A stretch of 64,000 bases of DNA from Somniosus microcephalus (GCA_052327205.1 CM126221.1:47864001-47928000), one strand, 5' to 3'. Counted from the first letter of the stretch, positions 22,308-35,600 are shown. Notes: generated by a model not told the origin, from the letters alone. Numbers and translations: made by a program.

Positions 22308-25300
22308 TAGAGTCAGAATGATACAACACAGAAGGAGGCTATTTGGCCCCTTGTGTCTGTGCCGACCCTTTGGTGGAGCTATCCAATTACTCCCACTCCC
22401 ATTCTCCCAGTTTCTCCGTCTCCACCGCATCTGCTCCAATGATGCCACCTTCCACACCAGTGCTTCTGACGTGTCTTCCTTTTTCCTCAACCGAGGATTC
22501 CCCTCTACCGTGGTTGACACGGCCCTCGACCGTGTCCATTCTATCTCCCGCACTTCTGCCCTCACCCCTGCCCCTCCCTCCAGTAACCACGATAGGGTTC
22601 CCCTTGTCCTCACCTTTCACCCCACCAGCCTCCACATTCAACGGATCATCCTCCGCCACCTCCAAAGTGATCCCACCACCAAATGTATCTTCCCCTCTCC
22701 TCCCCTTTCAGCATTCCGTAGGGACCGCTCCCTCCGAGACACCCTAGTCCACTCCTCTATCACCCCCAGCACCCTTTCCCCTTTGCCTGGCACCTTCCCG
22801 TGCAAGCGCAGGAGATGTAACACCTGCCCTTATACCTCCCCCCTTCCCACTGTCCAGGGCCCCAAACACCCCTTCCAGGTGAAACAGCGATTTACTTGTA
22901 CTTCTTGCAATCTAGTATCTTGTATTCACTGCTCACAATGTGGTCGTCTCTATATTGAGGAGACCAAACGCAGATTGGGTGACCGCTTTGCGGAACACGT
23001 CTGTTCAGTCCATAAGGGTGACCCCGAGCTTCCGGTCGCCTGTCACTTTAATTCACCGTCCCATTCCCACTTGGACCTCACTGTCCTCGGCCTCTTGCAT
23101 TGTTCCACGGAAGCTCACCGTAAACTCAAGGAACAGCACCTCATCTTCCGATTAGGCACTTTACAGCCTTCCGGACTCAATATCGAGTTCAACAATTTCA
23201 GATCATAACCTCGGCCCCTATTACATTTTTACTTATTTTTTTATCCACACCTTTGTTTTGGCCCTTCCCCCCCCCCTTTTTTTTCTCTCTCTCCCACATG
23301 GCAGCTGTCTCCCATTCTGCCAGCGCATTTCACACCTAATCTAGAGCCGTCTTTTGTCTCCACTAGTCCTATCACCATCTCTTCTCATTTTGAATACCTC
23401 TTAATGTCTCTTCACTTCTCTTTTGTTCTCTCCCAGCCTGGCCTCTTAATCTATTTCATTTCCAGTGCTTCTTTAGTCTTGACAAAGGGTTCACCTGAAA
23501 CGTTGACTCTATTTTCTCTCCACGGATGTTGCCTGGCCTGCTGAGTTTTTCCAGCACTTTCCGTTGTTACTCCCACACCCTGCTCTTTTCCTATAGTCCT
23601 GCCTCTCATTCTTCCTACCAAATTGCATCACTTCACACTTCTCTGCGTTAAATTTCATCTGCCATGTGTCTGACCATTTCACCTTGTCTATGCCCTCTTG
23701 AAGTCTGTTACTATCCTCATTGTTTATTACATTTGAGTTTTGTCATCTGCAAACTTTGATGAAATTTTGCCCTGTATACCCAAGTCCAGGTCATTAATAT
23801 ATATCAAAAGGAGCAGTGGTCCTAATACCAACTCCTGGCAAACACCACTGTATATTTCCCTCCAACTGATAAATAACCGTTCACCACTACTCTCTGCTTT
23901 CTGTCCCTTAGCCAATTTTGTATCCACACTGCCACTGTCCCTTTAATCCCATGGGCTTTAATTTTGTTTACCTGTTTATTATGTGGTACTTTATCATTTG
24001 CCTTTTGAAAGTCCATATACACAAGAACTCAATCAAGTTACTCAAACATGATTTACCTCTAACAAATCCATGCTGACTTTCATTTATTAGCTCATAATTT
24101 TCCACGTGCTAATTAATTTTGTCCTGAATTATATTGTCTCAAAGTTTCCTCATCACTGATGTTAGGCTGACTGGCTTGCAATTGCAGGGGTTATCCCTCT
24201 CCCTTTTTTTGAACAGGGGTATGACATTTGCAATCCTCCAGTCCTCTGGCACCTCCCCCATATTTCAGGATTGGAAGAATATGGCCAGTGCTTCTGCAAT
24301 TTCAACCCTAACTTCCCTCAGTTACCCAGGATGTATTCCATCTGGACTGGGTGACTTTTCTACTTTGAGCGCTGCCAACTTTTTAAGTACATCCTCTATC
24401 TTTTTATGCTATCCAATTTCTCTCCTATCTCCTCTTTTACTGTGACATTCTTCTCTACTGGTGACATACAAAGTACTCATGCTATGCCCTCTGACTCCAC
24501 ATGAAGATGTCCTTTTTGGTCCCTAATCAGTCCCACCCTTCCTTTGACTACCTTTTACCATTTATAAGTTTATAAAAGACTTGGGTTCCTTTTTATGTTA
24601 GCCGCTAATCTATTCTCATGCTCTCTCTTTACCCCTCATTCCCTTTTTTAGATCTCTGTACTTTCTGTATTCGGGTTGGTTCTCTATTGTATTGTCAGCC
24701 TTATATTTGTCATAAGCCTCCTTTTTCTGTTTCATTTTATTCTCTGTCTTTAGTCATCCAGGGAGCTCTAGCTTTGAATGCCCTTCCCATCCTCCTCGTG
24801 GGAATGTGTCTACTCTCTACCTGAACCATCTCCCCTTTGAAGACCTCCCATTGTTTAGTTACTGTTTTGCCCACCAAATTTTGATTCCAGTCCACCTGGG
24901 CCAGATTCCTTTTCAACTCACTGAAAGCCCTCCTCCAGTTAAGTATTTTTACGCTTAATTGTTACTTGTCCTCTTCCATAACTAAACCTAATGATATGAT
25001 CACTGTTCCCCAAATTCTCCCCCAGAAACATGCTCTACTTGCCCCACACATCATTCCTCAGAATGAGATCCAACACTGCTTCCTTTCTCGTTGGGCTGGA
25101 AACACACTGATCAAGGAAGTTCTCTTCACATTTCAGGAATTCCTCCCCCACTCTTCCCTTTGCACTATTGCTATCCCAGTCTAAATTAGGATAATTGATG
25201 GTCCCCCATTATCACTACTCTATCGTTCTTGCATCTCTCTGTAATTTGCTTGCAAATTTGCTCCTCTTTTTCCTTCCCACTATTTGGTGGCCTATAGTAT

Positions 25301-25935
25301 ATAGCCAGTAGTGCATTATAGTGCAACATCTTCTGTTGTTTCTTAATTCTAACCAATTTGATCTGATTCTGTTTCAATGGTGTTGCAGTAGCCTTACTAT
25401 GCCTTGGACTGTTTCAATCTAAAGGGAGGCTTGTGCTACTGTTATGAGAAAATAAATTCTGCACCCTTGCCCTAATGGTAACCATCTGAGTTCTTCAGCA
25501 CAGGAAACTTTACACAATCTGATGATCATAATTGTCTGCAACTATATCATCCCTTTCTAGTGCTACAATAGTTTCTTTGATCAATGCTGCCACCACCACC
25601 ACCCACTTTTATTCCTTCTCTATCTTTCCTGAATACCTTGTAGTCGGGAATATTAAGTTCTCAATCCTCCCCTTCTTTAAGCAGGTCTCTGTTATGCCAC
25701 TATATCATAGTCCCATGTGAAGACTTGTGCCTGCAGCTCACCAACCTTATTTATCACGCTCCGTGCATTTACGCACATGCACTCCAAACCCATCTTAGAC
25801 TGCTTTGCATTTGTCCCTGTCTGATCCCTCCTATTTCTGAACTATTCTTTACGTTAATGCTATTCCCCTCTCCCAGTCCTCTGTGCACCTTTATCCTCAT
25901 CTCCAATATTTCATCCTGGTGCCCATCCCCTTGCC
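22308..25935 (-). mobile_element. Old CR1 LINE, degenerate, interrupted by later insertions
   Basis: The 3' UTR is split between 22308-22400 and 23567-23600. RT remnants (YMDFQKANDKVPH, LGPLLLLIYINDLD, KFADD) and endonuclease remnants (YYRPPNSGKE...VVIMGD) are on the minus strand. Confidence 0.8.
22401..23566 (+). mobile_element. 5'-truncated Penelope-like element (RT thumb, Cys linker and GIY-YIG endonuclease; reading frame to 23208)
   Basis: SQFLRLHRICS, DRVPLVLTFHP, CKRRRCNTC, CSQCGRLYIEETKRRLGDRFAEH and LGTLQPSGLNIEF; flanked by the direct repeat TTACTCCCAC(T/A)CCC. Confidence 0.9.
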
Positions 25936-27784
25936 AAACATATTCCCATTCTGATGAAAGGTCATCGACCTGTGACATTAGCTGTTTCTCCACAGGTGCT
26001 GCCTGACCTGTGTTTTCCAGCAGTTTCTGTTTTTAATACAGGAAGGTTCATGCCTGGGTAAAAATAACAAATGCTTAATGCCTTTCTGTTGATGAGTTGT
26101 GCATCTCCCTAAACTTGGATAATTGCCTCATCAGAGCACCTAAGTACACACCTTAATTATGGTTGTCTGAAGTGTACTTTTTCTTCTGGGAGTTGAGCTT
26201 CTCATTGGAGCTTTGTAGCAGCTGATTCTGTTTAAATGGCGTTGCAGTATTACAATGCTAGAACTGCTTCAATCCAAGGGAGGCTTGTGCTGCTGCTTTG
26301 TGAGAAAATCAATTCTCCATCCTTGGTCGAATGGTAACCATTTGAGTTCTTTAGGACAGGAAACTTCACAGGGTCTGATCTATTGAATTGTCTTGCAGTG
26401 ATCCTATGAGTATTAGTTGTGTGATATTGGGAGTCAAACTGTGTCCTTCAATTATAGCCTTGAGTATTATGTTCTGTCAAGAGCAGTTCACAATCACCTT
26501 ATTGCAGGGCCTCTTGTTTATAAGATAGCTGGAGACTTTGGGAGAGTAAATCTGGCATGTTAGTAGACTGGATTAGCAAGCAGTTTCTCACTCCAGCACT
26601 TCTTTCCAGCCAGTCTGCCTTCAGTCATACAGTGTGACTGATTTGTTTTGTGAATGAGTAGGATAAAGTTCTATTATATACAGTTTGTGAAGAGTTGCTT
26701 ATGGAACGTTGTTGTCTCCAGATTCATAGAGGCATGGAAAAATTAATCCAAGCTACTGGTGCTAGTCTATATGACCTAAAGCTGAGCATCAGCTGGTCCA
26801 TAGCAGTGCCAATCTAGCGGGATTCTTTTTTGTTGTAAATAGTGTCTGATACGGCGCAGCACTGAGTCTCTCTTTGATGTTGCTTTTTAAGGCAATACCT
26901 TAATTATACAAGGTTTTTACTTTTGGTTATTAAATTAATTTAGAAATACCTTTATTCAAACTTCCAAAAGTTTTAAGTTTTCAACTAATTTTCAATTAAT
27001 TTTAACCATCGGACGGCCGACCAGCCATTGACCTCAATTGATGCTGACACCCATATTCCAAATGTCATTTTTTCTTTCCCGTGATTGGCACTCACAACCA
27101 TCTTTTACAGAAATGCACACTCTGCTCCAGACTACCCAGCGGGTCTTATTGAAAGCAGTAAACCATCAGGATCACAGAAGACAGGATATCATCGCTCACA
27201 CTCCAAACATCAGTGAGACGCCGTGTCTGGCTTTGTATTGAGTTAAGAGCCCTAGGTTAGAAAACTTAATGGAGGTTATCAAACCTATTTTGTTTAATTT
27301 TGAAAATGTATTCCTTCATGTCAATTGCCACTGAGAAATATTAAGGAGTGGCCTGAGGCTGTGGCTGTTGTACAGTGGTGGAAAATTATGTGGCTATAAT
27401 GAGCAAACTTTTTTTTAAATGGCCTTTACTCCCTCTTTTTTTCCTTGTCGGATGATGCACTTAGCCCAATATCTGTTCGATATTCAAAGACCGTGGAAGG
27501 CCATGCTAAAGGTAGATAATCTCCTTTTGTGATTGGGATAGTAAGCAGGTGGAAAAAAACTATTCCTATACAAGTAAATGTGCTTTATCAAGGATGTCAT
27601 TTCAGCTTGCAAATGAGCTATTTTAATACAGTGCAGTGTTGTTGCAATAAGCACTCATTTTCAGTGCAGGTTGCTTGCACCTCCTATTGGACACACACAT
27701 GTAGGCCTTTGTTCAACGTCCTCTTATGGTGCAACCAAAATTGGGAATCTAGATGGGAATTTGCGCTGTGGTAAAACAAATTAG

Positions 27785-28400
27785 TTGGACAGAGTAAAGA
27801 CTTCTTACTGCAATTATATAGGGCCCTGGTGAGACCACACCTGGAGTACTGTGTGCAGTTTTGGTCTCCTTACCTAAGGAAGGATATGCTTGCCATAGAG
27901 GGAGTGCAATAAAGGTTCACCAGACTGATTCCTGGGATGGGGGAATTGTCCTATGAGGAGAGATTGAGTAGACTAGGCCTATATTCTCTAGAGTTTAGAA
28001 GAATGAGAGGTGGTCTCATTGAAACATACAAAATTCTTACAGGGTTTGACAGGGTAGATGCAGAGAGGATGCTTCCTCTGGCTGGGGAGTCCAGAACCAG
28101 GGGTCACCGTCTCAAATAAGGGGTCGGCCATTTAGGACTGAGATGAGGAGAAATTTCTTCACTCAGAGGATGGCGAATCTTTGGAATTCTCTTCCCCAGA
28201 GGGCTGTGGAGGCTCAGTCGTTGAGTATATTCAAGCCAGGGATCGATAGATTTTTTGGATATTAAGGGAATTGAGGGATATGGGGAGAGTCAGGAAAGTG
28301 GATTTGAGGTAGATGATCAGCCATGATCTTACTGAATGGCAGAGCAGGCTCGAGTGGCCATATGGCCTACTCTTATTCCTATTTCTTATGTTCTTATGTT
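27785..28400 (+). mobile_element. 5'-truncated CR1 LINE
   Basis: LYRALVRPHLEYCVQFWSP...GESRTRGH; 3' tail TTCTTATGTTCTTATGTT. Confidence 0.9.
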
Positions 28401-29571
28401 ATGTGTTTTATTGCCTCAAGTCTGTAATACATTTTAAGACTTCTTTTTGAGTTGGGTTTTTTAAAGGCACATTTAAAAAAAAAAAATATTGAACCATGCA
28501 GTTTAGTAAACCAGTTAATCTTTATCAAATCTTTGTCACTAGCTTTTGTATTAATATAGAGGAACACACAGGACTGGAAAAGACTATTGTGGTCCACCTG
28601 GTGACTCTATGTCCAGGAATGCATCCCACGATACTTAAGTTCTCATACCCCTTAATCAAATTTTTCATCAGGTATTTATCCACTATTGATACAGTTAGCC
28701 CTCACTGTGCCTCCCTTGTCTGTTTTATACATTCACACCCTCGGTGTAATTAAAGCTAAACTGTTCCCCTCACCCTCCCTCAGTTTCAGGGTGTGCCCTG
28801 TTGTAGAATTTGTGACGCTTAAACCTATTGATGTTTACTGTGGCCGTCTCCTTTGGGATCTTGAATATTACAGACTTACTTTCACGGGTATAAATATTCC
28901 CAGGTTCTGCAGCCTCTACTTATAACTTGGATGCCTAATTCAGTCGCTGCAACCTCTCCCAATGACTCTGTCTTTCTCGCAATATAGTGATCGGAATTAT
29001 ACACAATATTCCATGTAAGGCTGGGCGACTGTCCCACCGACTCTGAACTACAGTCTGAGATTTGTGCTCTATTCCTTTTCCTGTACAGTTCTTTAATGTT
29101 AGCTTTGTAGTTTAATGAAAAAATTGGACAAAAAAAATAACCAGCATTTTTATCTTGGGAACAACGAAAGGACCAAGTTAATATTTGAAGGCAAATTAAT
29201 TTACAACTGGATTAAGAACATAACATCAAAGGAATAACTTGAATCTTGAAAATACCATTTCAAATCCACTTTTTATGCTTTGTGAAATGGAGTGATTACA
29301 AGAGGAAAAACAAAATGGGGAGGTAGATCAGATCCCTGAAGTAAGTGACTAATAAACACTGTTCACAAAGCACTTGTAAATGTCTTTACAAGCTTTAGAG
29401 CATGGGCCTTACAGAAAACAACAGGGTTTTCTCCAATTTGTAGGGGGGGGGGGGGCGTTCTTTCCCTGTGCAACTCTATTTCAAATGCTTTTTGGGGGTT
29501 TAAGACATATAATGCCTGTTTTCATGTCTCAAAACAGAGCCATGTACATTTTATATTACAATTGAAACATA

Positions 29572-29628
29572 TTATGGGCTAGATTTTCTGTGCAGACATA
29601 GTCTGTGGGTGGAAAATCTAGCCCGTAA
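29572..29628. repeat. Short palindrome, probably a minimal TIR-only DNA transposon remnant
   Basis: GGGCTAGATTTTC (29576-29588) and GAAAATCTAGCCC (29612-29624) form a perfect 13-bp inverted repeat. Confidence 0.6.
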
Positions 29629-30306
29629 TTTGCCTCCTTCTGTGTTAAATTCATCTTCAGGGCAATGTTGTGCGGTTGACGGTGGTAATTATATGAATAT
29701 TCTTTTTAGCATAAGAGTATTGCTACCACTTAATTGATTTTATTTCAGTCATCTATTTACCAGCCTTTCAGAGAAAAGCAGTTCAGACCATCTGTGCTAA
29801 TTTCTAATTAATGAACACAAAGTCAAAATTCAGAGATGATATTAGACCCCATAAATATGGCTCCATAATTTGCAACTACCAATTATACTCTGCTGTTCTA
29901 GCCAGTTTTGAGATTCAGTGCCCCATCATGTTGCCTGGTCAAGAAACTTGGCCGATGCCAATAGTTATGTTCAATTGCCAGTTGCGCCTTGGGGTTAAAT
30001 ACAAGAGGATTTATTGGTAATCCAACACTACCTCTAAAGCTATTGAGCCACTCCTACAATAGATCAGTAGGCTCAAATTTAATCAGCCTTTTACTGTTTT
30101 GAAAAGGAGGTGAGAATAGCTTGTATTAGTGACAAAAAGGAGCTTGTTAAAGGAATGACTTAACCATTCCCTTCCCCATAGTATTTATTAATTCAATCAA
30201 TCATAATGAGGATTTTAGAAGTTATTTCATCTCTTTCCCACAGAACTATGAACCACTTCTGAACCAAGAGGAAAGCTACCACAGAACTGTACCCAGCTCA
30301 GTAGTA

Positions 30307-31055
30307 CAGGTAGACTATCCTTTATCCGAACTTCTGAAAACCTCTAAAAACCGAAAGTTTTTTCATTCAGCGTAAGTCGTGCGCACGACATGACCAGAGT
30401 AGTGCATGACTTACGCTGAGCAGGGCAGAGGGTCACAGAGTTCCCTCCTGGGTAGGAGATTGCAGGCCGAGCCGGGCAGTGTGAAGGAGGTACCGGGAGC
30501 GTGAACAACAATACAGCGGCCGGTCCGATAGCTGCAGCAGCCCGTCCGATATTCTTTTCTCCCCCCGACCCGACCCGCGGCCCGTCCGATATTCTTTTCT
30601 CCCCCCGACCCGACCCGACCGATATTCTTTTCTCCCCCGACCCGACCCGCGGCCCGTCCGATATTCTTTTCTCCCCCCCCCCCCCCGACCCGACCCGACC
30701 CGACCCGTCCAATATTCTTTTCTCCCGACCCGAACCGTGGACCGTCCGATATTCTTTTCTGCCCCCTGACCCCCCCCCCCCCGGACCCCCCTGACCCCGA
30801 CCTGAACCGCGGCCCATCCGATATTCCGACCTGATTTGCGGGCCAGCTTAGTAGGAGTCAGCCGATATCCGGCTTTCCAGAGAAGCAGGAAGGGGAATGA
30901 GACACGGAACAGTCGCAAGAGGTAGCCTGAACTTTTAAAATTTATATTAAATACAAGTTTCCCAGTTTTATAATAATACCTTCTGAAATCCGAAAAATTC
31001 CGAAAACCGAAACTCAGCTGGTCCCAAGGCTTTTGGATAATGGATAGTGTACCTG
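30307..31055. mobile_element. Tigger/pogo-like non-autonomous DNA transposon with an internal minisatellite
   Basis: TIRs CAGGTAGACTATCCTTTATCCGAA ... TTGGATAATGGATAGTGTACCTG with TA flanks; subterminal CCGAAA repeats resemble Tigger4/MER46-type ends; ~40-bp GTCCGATATTCTTTTCTCCCCCCGACCCGACCC repeats at 30541-30830. Confidence 0.8.
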
Positions 31056-33496
31056 TACTGCATCAGTTACTAAGTTTGTGAGTGTGATACTGCTTGACAT
31101 ATGTTCGCCAGTATTCTCTGTCTCTTGGGGGAAACAACTGGTCTCTGCTACTCCTCCGAATAACCCTAGCTAAGATCAGAAACTCCAGAATGGCAATAAC
31201 CTTAATATTTCCAATCTGTACTACACTGGATCCCAAGCAATAACGTGCTGCTTTACCAGAGGCACTCCATTGAGCACCATTGACCACAGAACAAACTACA
31301 TTGCTATATTATGGTTGGCATTATTACCTTTGCATGGCATGATCCATTTAGCCACCTTTTTTAAAACAGTAAGAGTTTAAACTGTAATTTGTACAATAAA
31401 CTAAATCATAAACACCCATTTTCACATTCACTGCTGCAAAAGTTCTAAAACCACTGACATTTCTCTACTTCTCCATTAGAGGGCAGTACAACACTAGATA
31501 AGATCATTATAATGCAGGACATTCTCACTTTCTGTAGCAGGTCAGACTTGAGCCTTTGCTCTTGTCGTACTTTGATTTCCTTGCCGAATTTACTTCTCTT
31601 GTAACTTTCTCAGAACTAATACAGATGCGACACATTAAATCCAACCTGGATGTTTCACTTCCCCCATGGCCCAAGTTAGGTTGCTGTGCAAGACGTCAGT
31701 AATGCTAAGACACTATATAGTGCCTTTAATGCAACAAACATCCCAGGGTTCTTCACAGAGAAGAAGTGGATCCTGTGGAGTAGAAACAAGTTAGAGAAGG
31801 GGACTGAAGGCATATTCAGAGATTGGTTTTGAAGGGGCTTTTTAAGGTGGGGATGGGGTGTGGAGTGTTGAGAGAGAAAGTTTGTGCTGGAGACTAGTCT
31901 AATTGCATTTCTTGTCATGACATTGTAATGTTGTGACGCATGCTTACAGTCTTCCATCACGGGCAAAGTCACCTCAGGCCAGAAACTTTGTTTGATTAGA
32001 TTATACTAACCACATTGAATGTGTTAATTTCCTCAAACGTAGAGCACCATAAGTTGTGTGGGCACTTATACATGATGAAACAAAAATGTTTCTGAATTTT
32101 TGAACTGACAAGTTTTGATAGGCACCAGAGCACCTCTGTGTGAACGAAGCATCACCTGGCCAGCACAGGTGAGGTGGTATTTAATTCAGGCGAGCCGGGT
32201 AAGTGTAATGGGTATAATTCTCAGCCATCTAATAGCAGAGGGAACTGCAGTGTACCCACTCGTAGTGAACATGGTTTGTCAAGGCAATTGGGTAAAAAAA
32301 CATTTCCCAAATGAATGCATGTTTCGTTAGAGGCACAGAAAGAGTTAATTTGACCCATTGTGCCGGTGCTGACTTCTTTGCGAGAGCAATGCAAAACTAA
32401 TCCCACTGTTCTCCTCTCCCCATTGTCCAATACCTTCCTCTGCTTGAAATGTTTTTTTTTTCCTTCAAAGATGCAATGCTCTTTGCCTGAACTGCTTCAT
32501 GCAAAGCATTCCATGCTCCAGCAACTCTCGTGCATGAAGACATTTTCCTAACCCATCTCCTCACTTGCATAGTGACAATTTTAAACTCATGACTCCTCGT
32601 CACTGACTCGCCAACCAGAAGAAATAACCTGTCCCTGCGTATCCTTTAGAAATTTTAAAAGCTCTGTTCAATGGCCTCATAACCTCAATGTAAATGCATA
32701 GTTGCAGGAAATGTAAGTAAACTAACCGTGATTTGTGTCTATCATTTTGCCCTCTGTGGTGCTCATGAAATGGTGCACATTATTTCCAGAACTTGTGCTC
32801 TTAATTCAAGTCTAGTTAGTAATCTGCCGTTTGCTTGCTCACAATTAATGGCTAAATATCTATATAAACATGTATTCAGCTGACTGATCAAACAAACTGA
32901 ATATCTACATGCGTGCAATTAAAAGGATCATTAAAGATTCGGACTCGTTATTTGGCACTCCTGTGGCTAGAATGAACATTGGTTGAACGAGACAAATTGG
33001 ATCACATGGATAAGTCTGCTATAAGAAGCATGCACTGTACTAAGTTCACAATAATACAAACTCGGTTCTATGGTTTTAAAATACTGGGTGGGAGCTGATA
33101 CCAGTTGAACCAATTTGGTACCTTTTAAAAATGATGAATTGTTCATTTTTCAGCAAGCACTAATTGGTAATGCCATTCTAGAGATGGTAGATCTTGGTGC
33201 TTGAAAAGCATTCGTGACAATGATGCAACATATCAAATGTTAAGGGAAAAAATTGTGCATGAAACTTAGTCCCTGGTATTCTTCCTTTACCAGTTTAAAA
33301 AAAACATGAAATGAAATGCATTATACACTTTGTGTGTAGAATAAAATGAAATACACGATACACTGTAATCTCTCAAAAATGCTATTGCTGTGACTTTTGT
33401 AGTTCCTATCTGGGAAAATAGACTGGTCACACTTACCATTTCTAGCATCCAGTTTCTTTGTTTTCTGTGTTTGTTAGCCAGATCATGCATTTAAGT

Positions 33497-34585
33497 GTCA
33501 GCTTGGCTCGCAGTACTGAGGAAATGCTGCATTGTCAGAGGTACTGGCCCAGAACTTCGGGTCTCCGCGGGTGAGTACACATGGGATACTCACCCGTAGG
33601 CCCAATGGAAGTGCCGGTTTCCTGCATGCACTGCGCATGCGCGGGAAACCGGCACTTCCGTTCCCCTGAACGAAGGGGTTCAGAGTTCGAACGCGTGCGC
33701 AGGAGAGACTGTGCGTGCGCATTGAACTTTGTTTTTTTTCCAGGTTTTCCCGGGAGGGTAAGTCTGCAGAAGTTACACATTTAAAAAGTAGGCATAAGGC
33801 CTGCTTTTTAAAAGGTAAGTGGTGAATTAATTAAAATTAAAACATTTTTTCCACAGGTTTATTATTTTTAAATACTTTAAAGCAAGGTAAGTTTATTTTT
33901 AGCCCCGTTAGAAAATAAAATTATTTTTTTCAAAAATTTAAATTATTGTTTAAAATAGTTATTTCATGTAATTTATAGTTTATTTAAAAAATGTGATGTT
34001 TTTTAAATTTATTTGAAGATTTAGTGATGTTTTGGGGCTGTAGTATTTATAAGTTTTGACAGCTCTTCCTGTCAAACTTATGAATGGAACATTCCCTGCT
34101 CCGATTGACTCCCCATGGCCCATGTGATCCCAGGGGATGCATCAAACTAACTGCGCCCCTGGGATACGCAAGCACTGCGCACCAGCAGCTGGACCAGGCC
34201 CCGGATCGGAATTCCACGGGGGCCCACAGCTCAACGGCTGGCACGCTAGGTAAGTGCAGGTCGGGGGCTTGCACCCGCAGGAAGCCCCCCGAATTTCTGG
34301 GCCAGTGTCTTTTGGATAAGATGTTAAACTGAGGCCTATCTGCCTGTTTAGGTGGATGTAAAAGATCCCATGGCATTTTTTTCCAAAGAGCAGGGAGTTC
34401 TCGTGATGTCAGGGCCAACGTTCATTCCTCAACCAATACCACCAAAATAGATTTAACTGGTCATTGATGTTTATGCTGCATTTACCTACATAAGTGTTTA
34501 CACTTCAAAAGTAACTCACTGGCTGTGAAGAGCTTTGGATTATTCTGTGTATGTGAAAGATGCTATGTAATGCAAGTGTCTCTTT
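33497..34585 (+). mobile_element. DeuSINE (SacSINE1-like) split by a DNA transposon
   Basis: GCAGTACTGAGGAAATGCTGCATTGTCAGAGGT before 33544 continues as GTCTTTTGGATAAGATGTTAAACTGAGGCC...GTAAAAGATCCCATGGCA after 34306. Confidence 0.75.
33544..34305. mobile_element. Non-autonomous TIR element (PIF/Harbinger-like MITE)
   Basis: TIRs CTGGCCCAGAACTTCGGG / CCCGAATTTCTGGGCCAG (17/18); GC-rich arms and an AT-rich centre. The superfamily is tentative because the TSD is unclear. Confidence 0.7.
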
Positions 34586-34649
34586 ACATGGGATCAAATG
34601 ACTGTTCAACTCTTTTACCCAGTACATACGCGATCTGTGTTTGACTTAA

Positions 34650-35340
34650 AACAACAACTTACTTGACCTTTAACATAGAAAAGCATCTCATGACACTTCA
34701 CAGATCTGTAATTAGACAAAAATGGAAGACAAACCAAAGAAGGAGATATCAGGAGGGGTGACCAAAAGCTTTGTCAAAGATGTGGGTTTTAAGGAGTGTT
34801 CTTTGAGGAGGAGAGGGAGGTGGAGAGGTGTCGGAGTTCAGCGGGGAGATTCCAGGGCATGGGGTCTAAAGGGATGAAGGCATGGCTGCCAATGGTGGTG
34901 CCAGGTAGGTGGTGATGCACAAGGGACCAGTTGCGGGGGGTGGAATAAGGCTGGAGGAGATTACAGAGATAAAGAAATATGGCCATGAAGAGATCTAAAC
35001 ACGGGGATGAGAATTTTAAATTGGTGAGGTTGGAGGACCGGGAGCCAATGTAAATCACCAAGGTGATAGGTGTGTGGGACCTCGTGTGGCCTAGGGTATG
35101 ACAGTTTTTGGATGAACTGAAGTTCACGGAGGAAGGAAGATGGAAGACTCTCCAGGACCGTATTAGAATAGTCAAGTCTGAAGGTGACAAAACTATGGAT
35201 GAGGTAGGGACATGTGATGTTGTGGAGATGGAAGTAGATGGTCTTTGTGAAGGAGACTATATGAGATCATAATCTTAGCTTGAAGATCAAATAAGAAGCC
35301 GAGATTGCAAACCGTCTGGTTCAGCCTGAAACAATGGCTA
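34650..35340 (-). mobile_element. Decayed L2-like LINE 3' fragment
   Basis: Shares TTTAACATAGAAAA.CATC...AGGAGGGGTGACCAAAA.CTT.GT with the copy at ~39460-39630, and there is a weaker copy at ~31705-31880. The tail resembles the DeuSINE 3' tail. Confidence 0.5.
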
Positions 35341-35384
35341 GCGAGGGGGCTGTGGATGGTGAGGGATGCACAACCAGTTAAACG

Positions 35385-35600
35385 GTTTTGATGTTGGCTG
35401 AGGGATGAATGTTGGCCAGGTCACTGGGGGAACTTCCTGCACTTTGGAAAAAGTGACATGTAGTTTTTTTACATCCATCGGAACAGGCAAAAGGCTCAAT
35501 TTAACGTCTCCTCTGAAAGACTGCATTTGATGCAGCACTTGGAATGCCAGCCTAGGTTATGTGCTCAAGTCCTAATCCGAAGCTTGAATTTATAACCTTC
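35385..35600 (-). mobile_element. DeuSINE fragment
   Basis: GATGTTGGCTGAGGGATGAAT...TTTAACGTCTCCTCTGAAAGAC...CAGCCTAGGTTATGTGCTCAAGTC parallels 13690-13880. Confidence 0.6.

Noticed and set aside
21979-23208. 409-aa ORF as a single novel protein
   Set aside because: It is a chance read-through of old Penelope 3' DNA and an antisense CR1 3' UTR into a genuine Penelope GIY-YIG frame that starts at about 22401.
30344-30918. Gly/Arg- and Pro-rich repetitive ORFs, or a CRISPR-like array
   Set aside because: These are translations of a minisatellite inside a MITE. There are no unique spacers or cas genes, and the context is eukaryotic.
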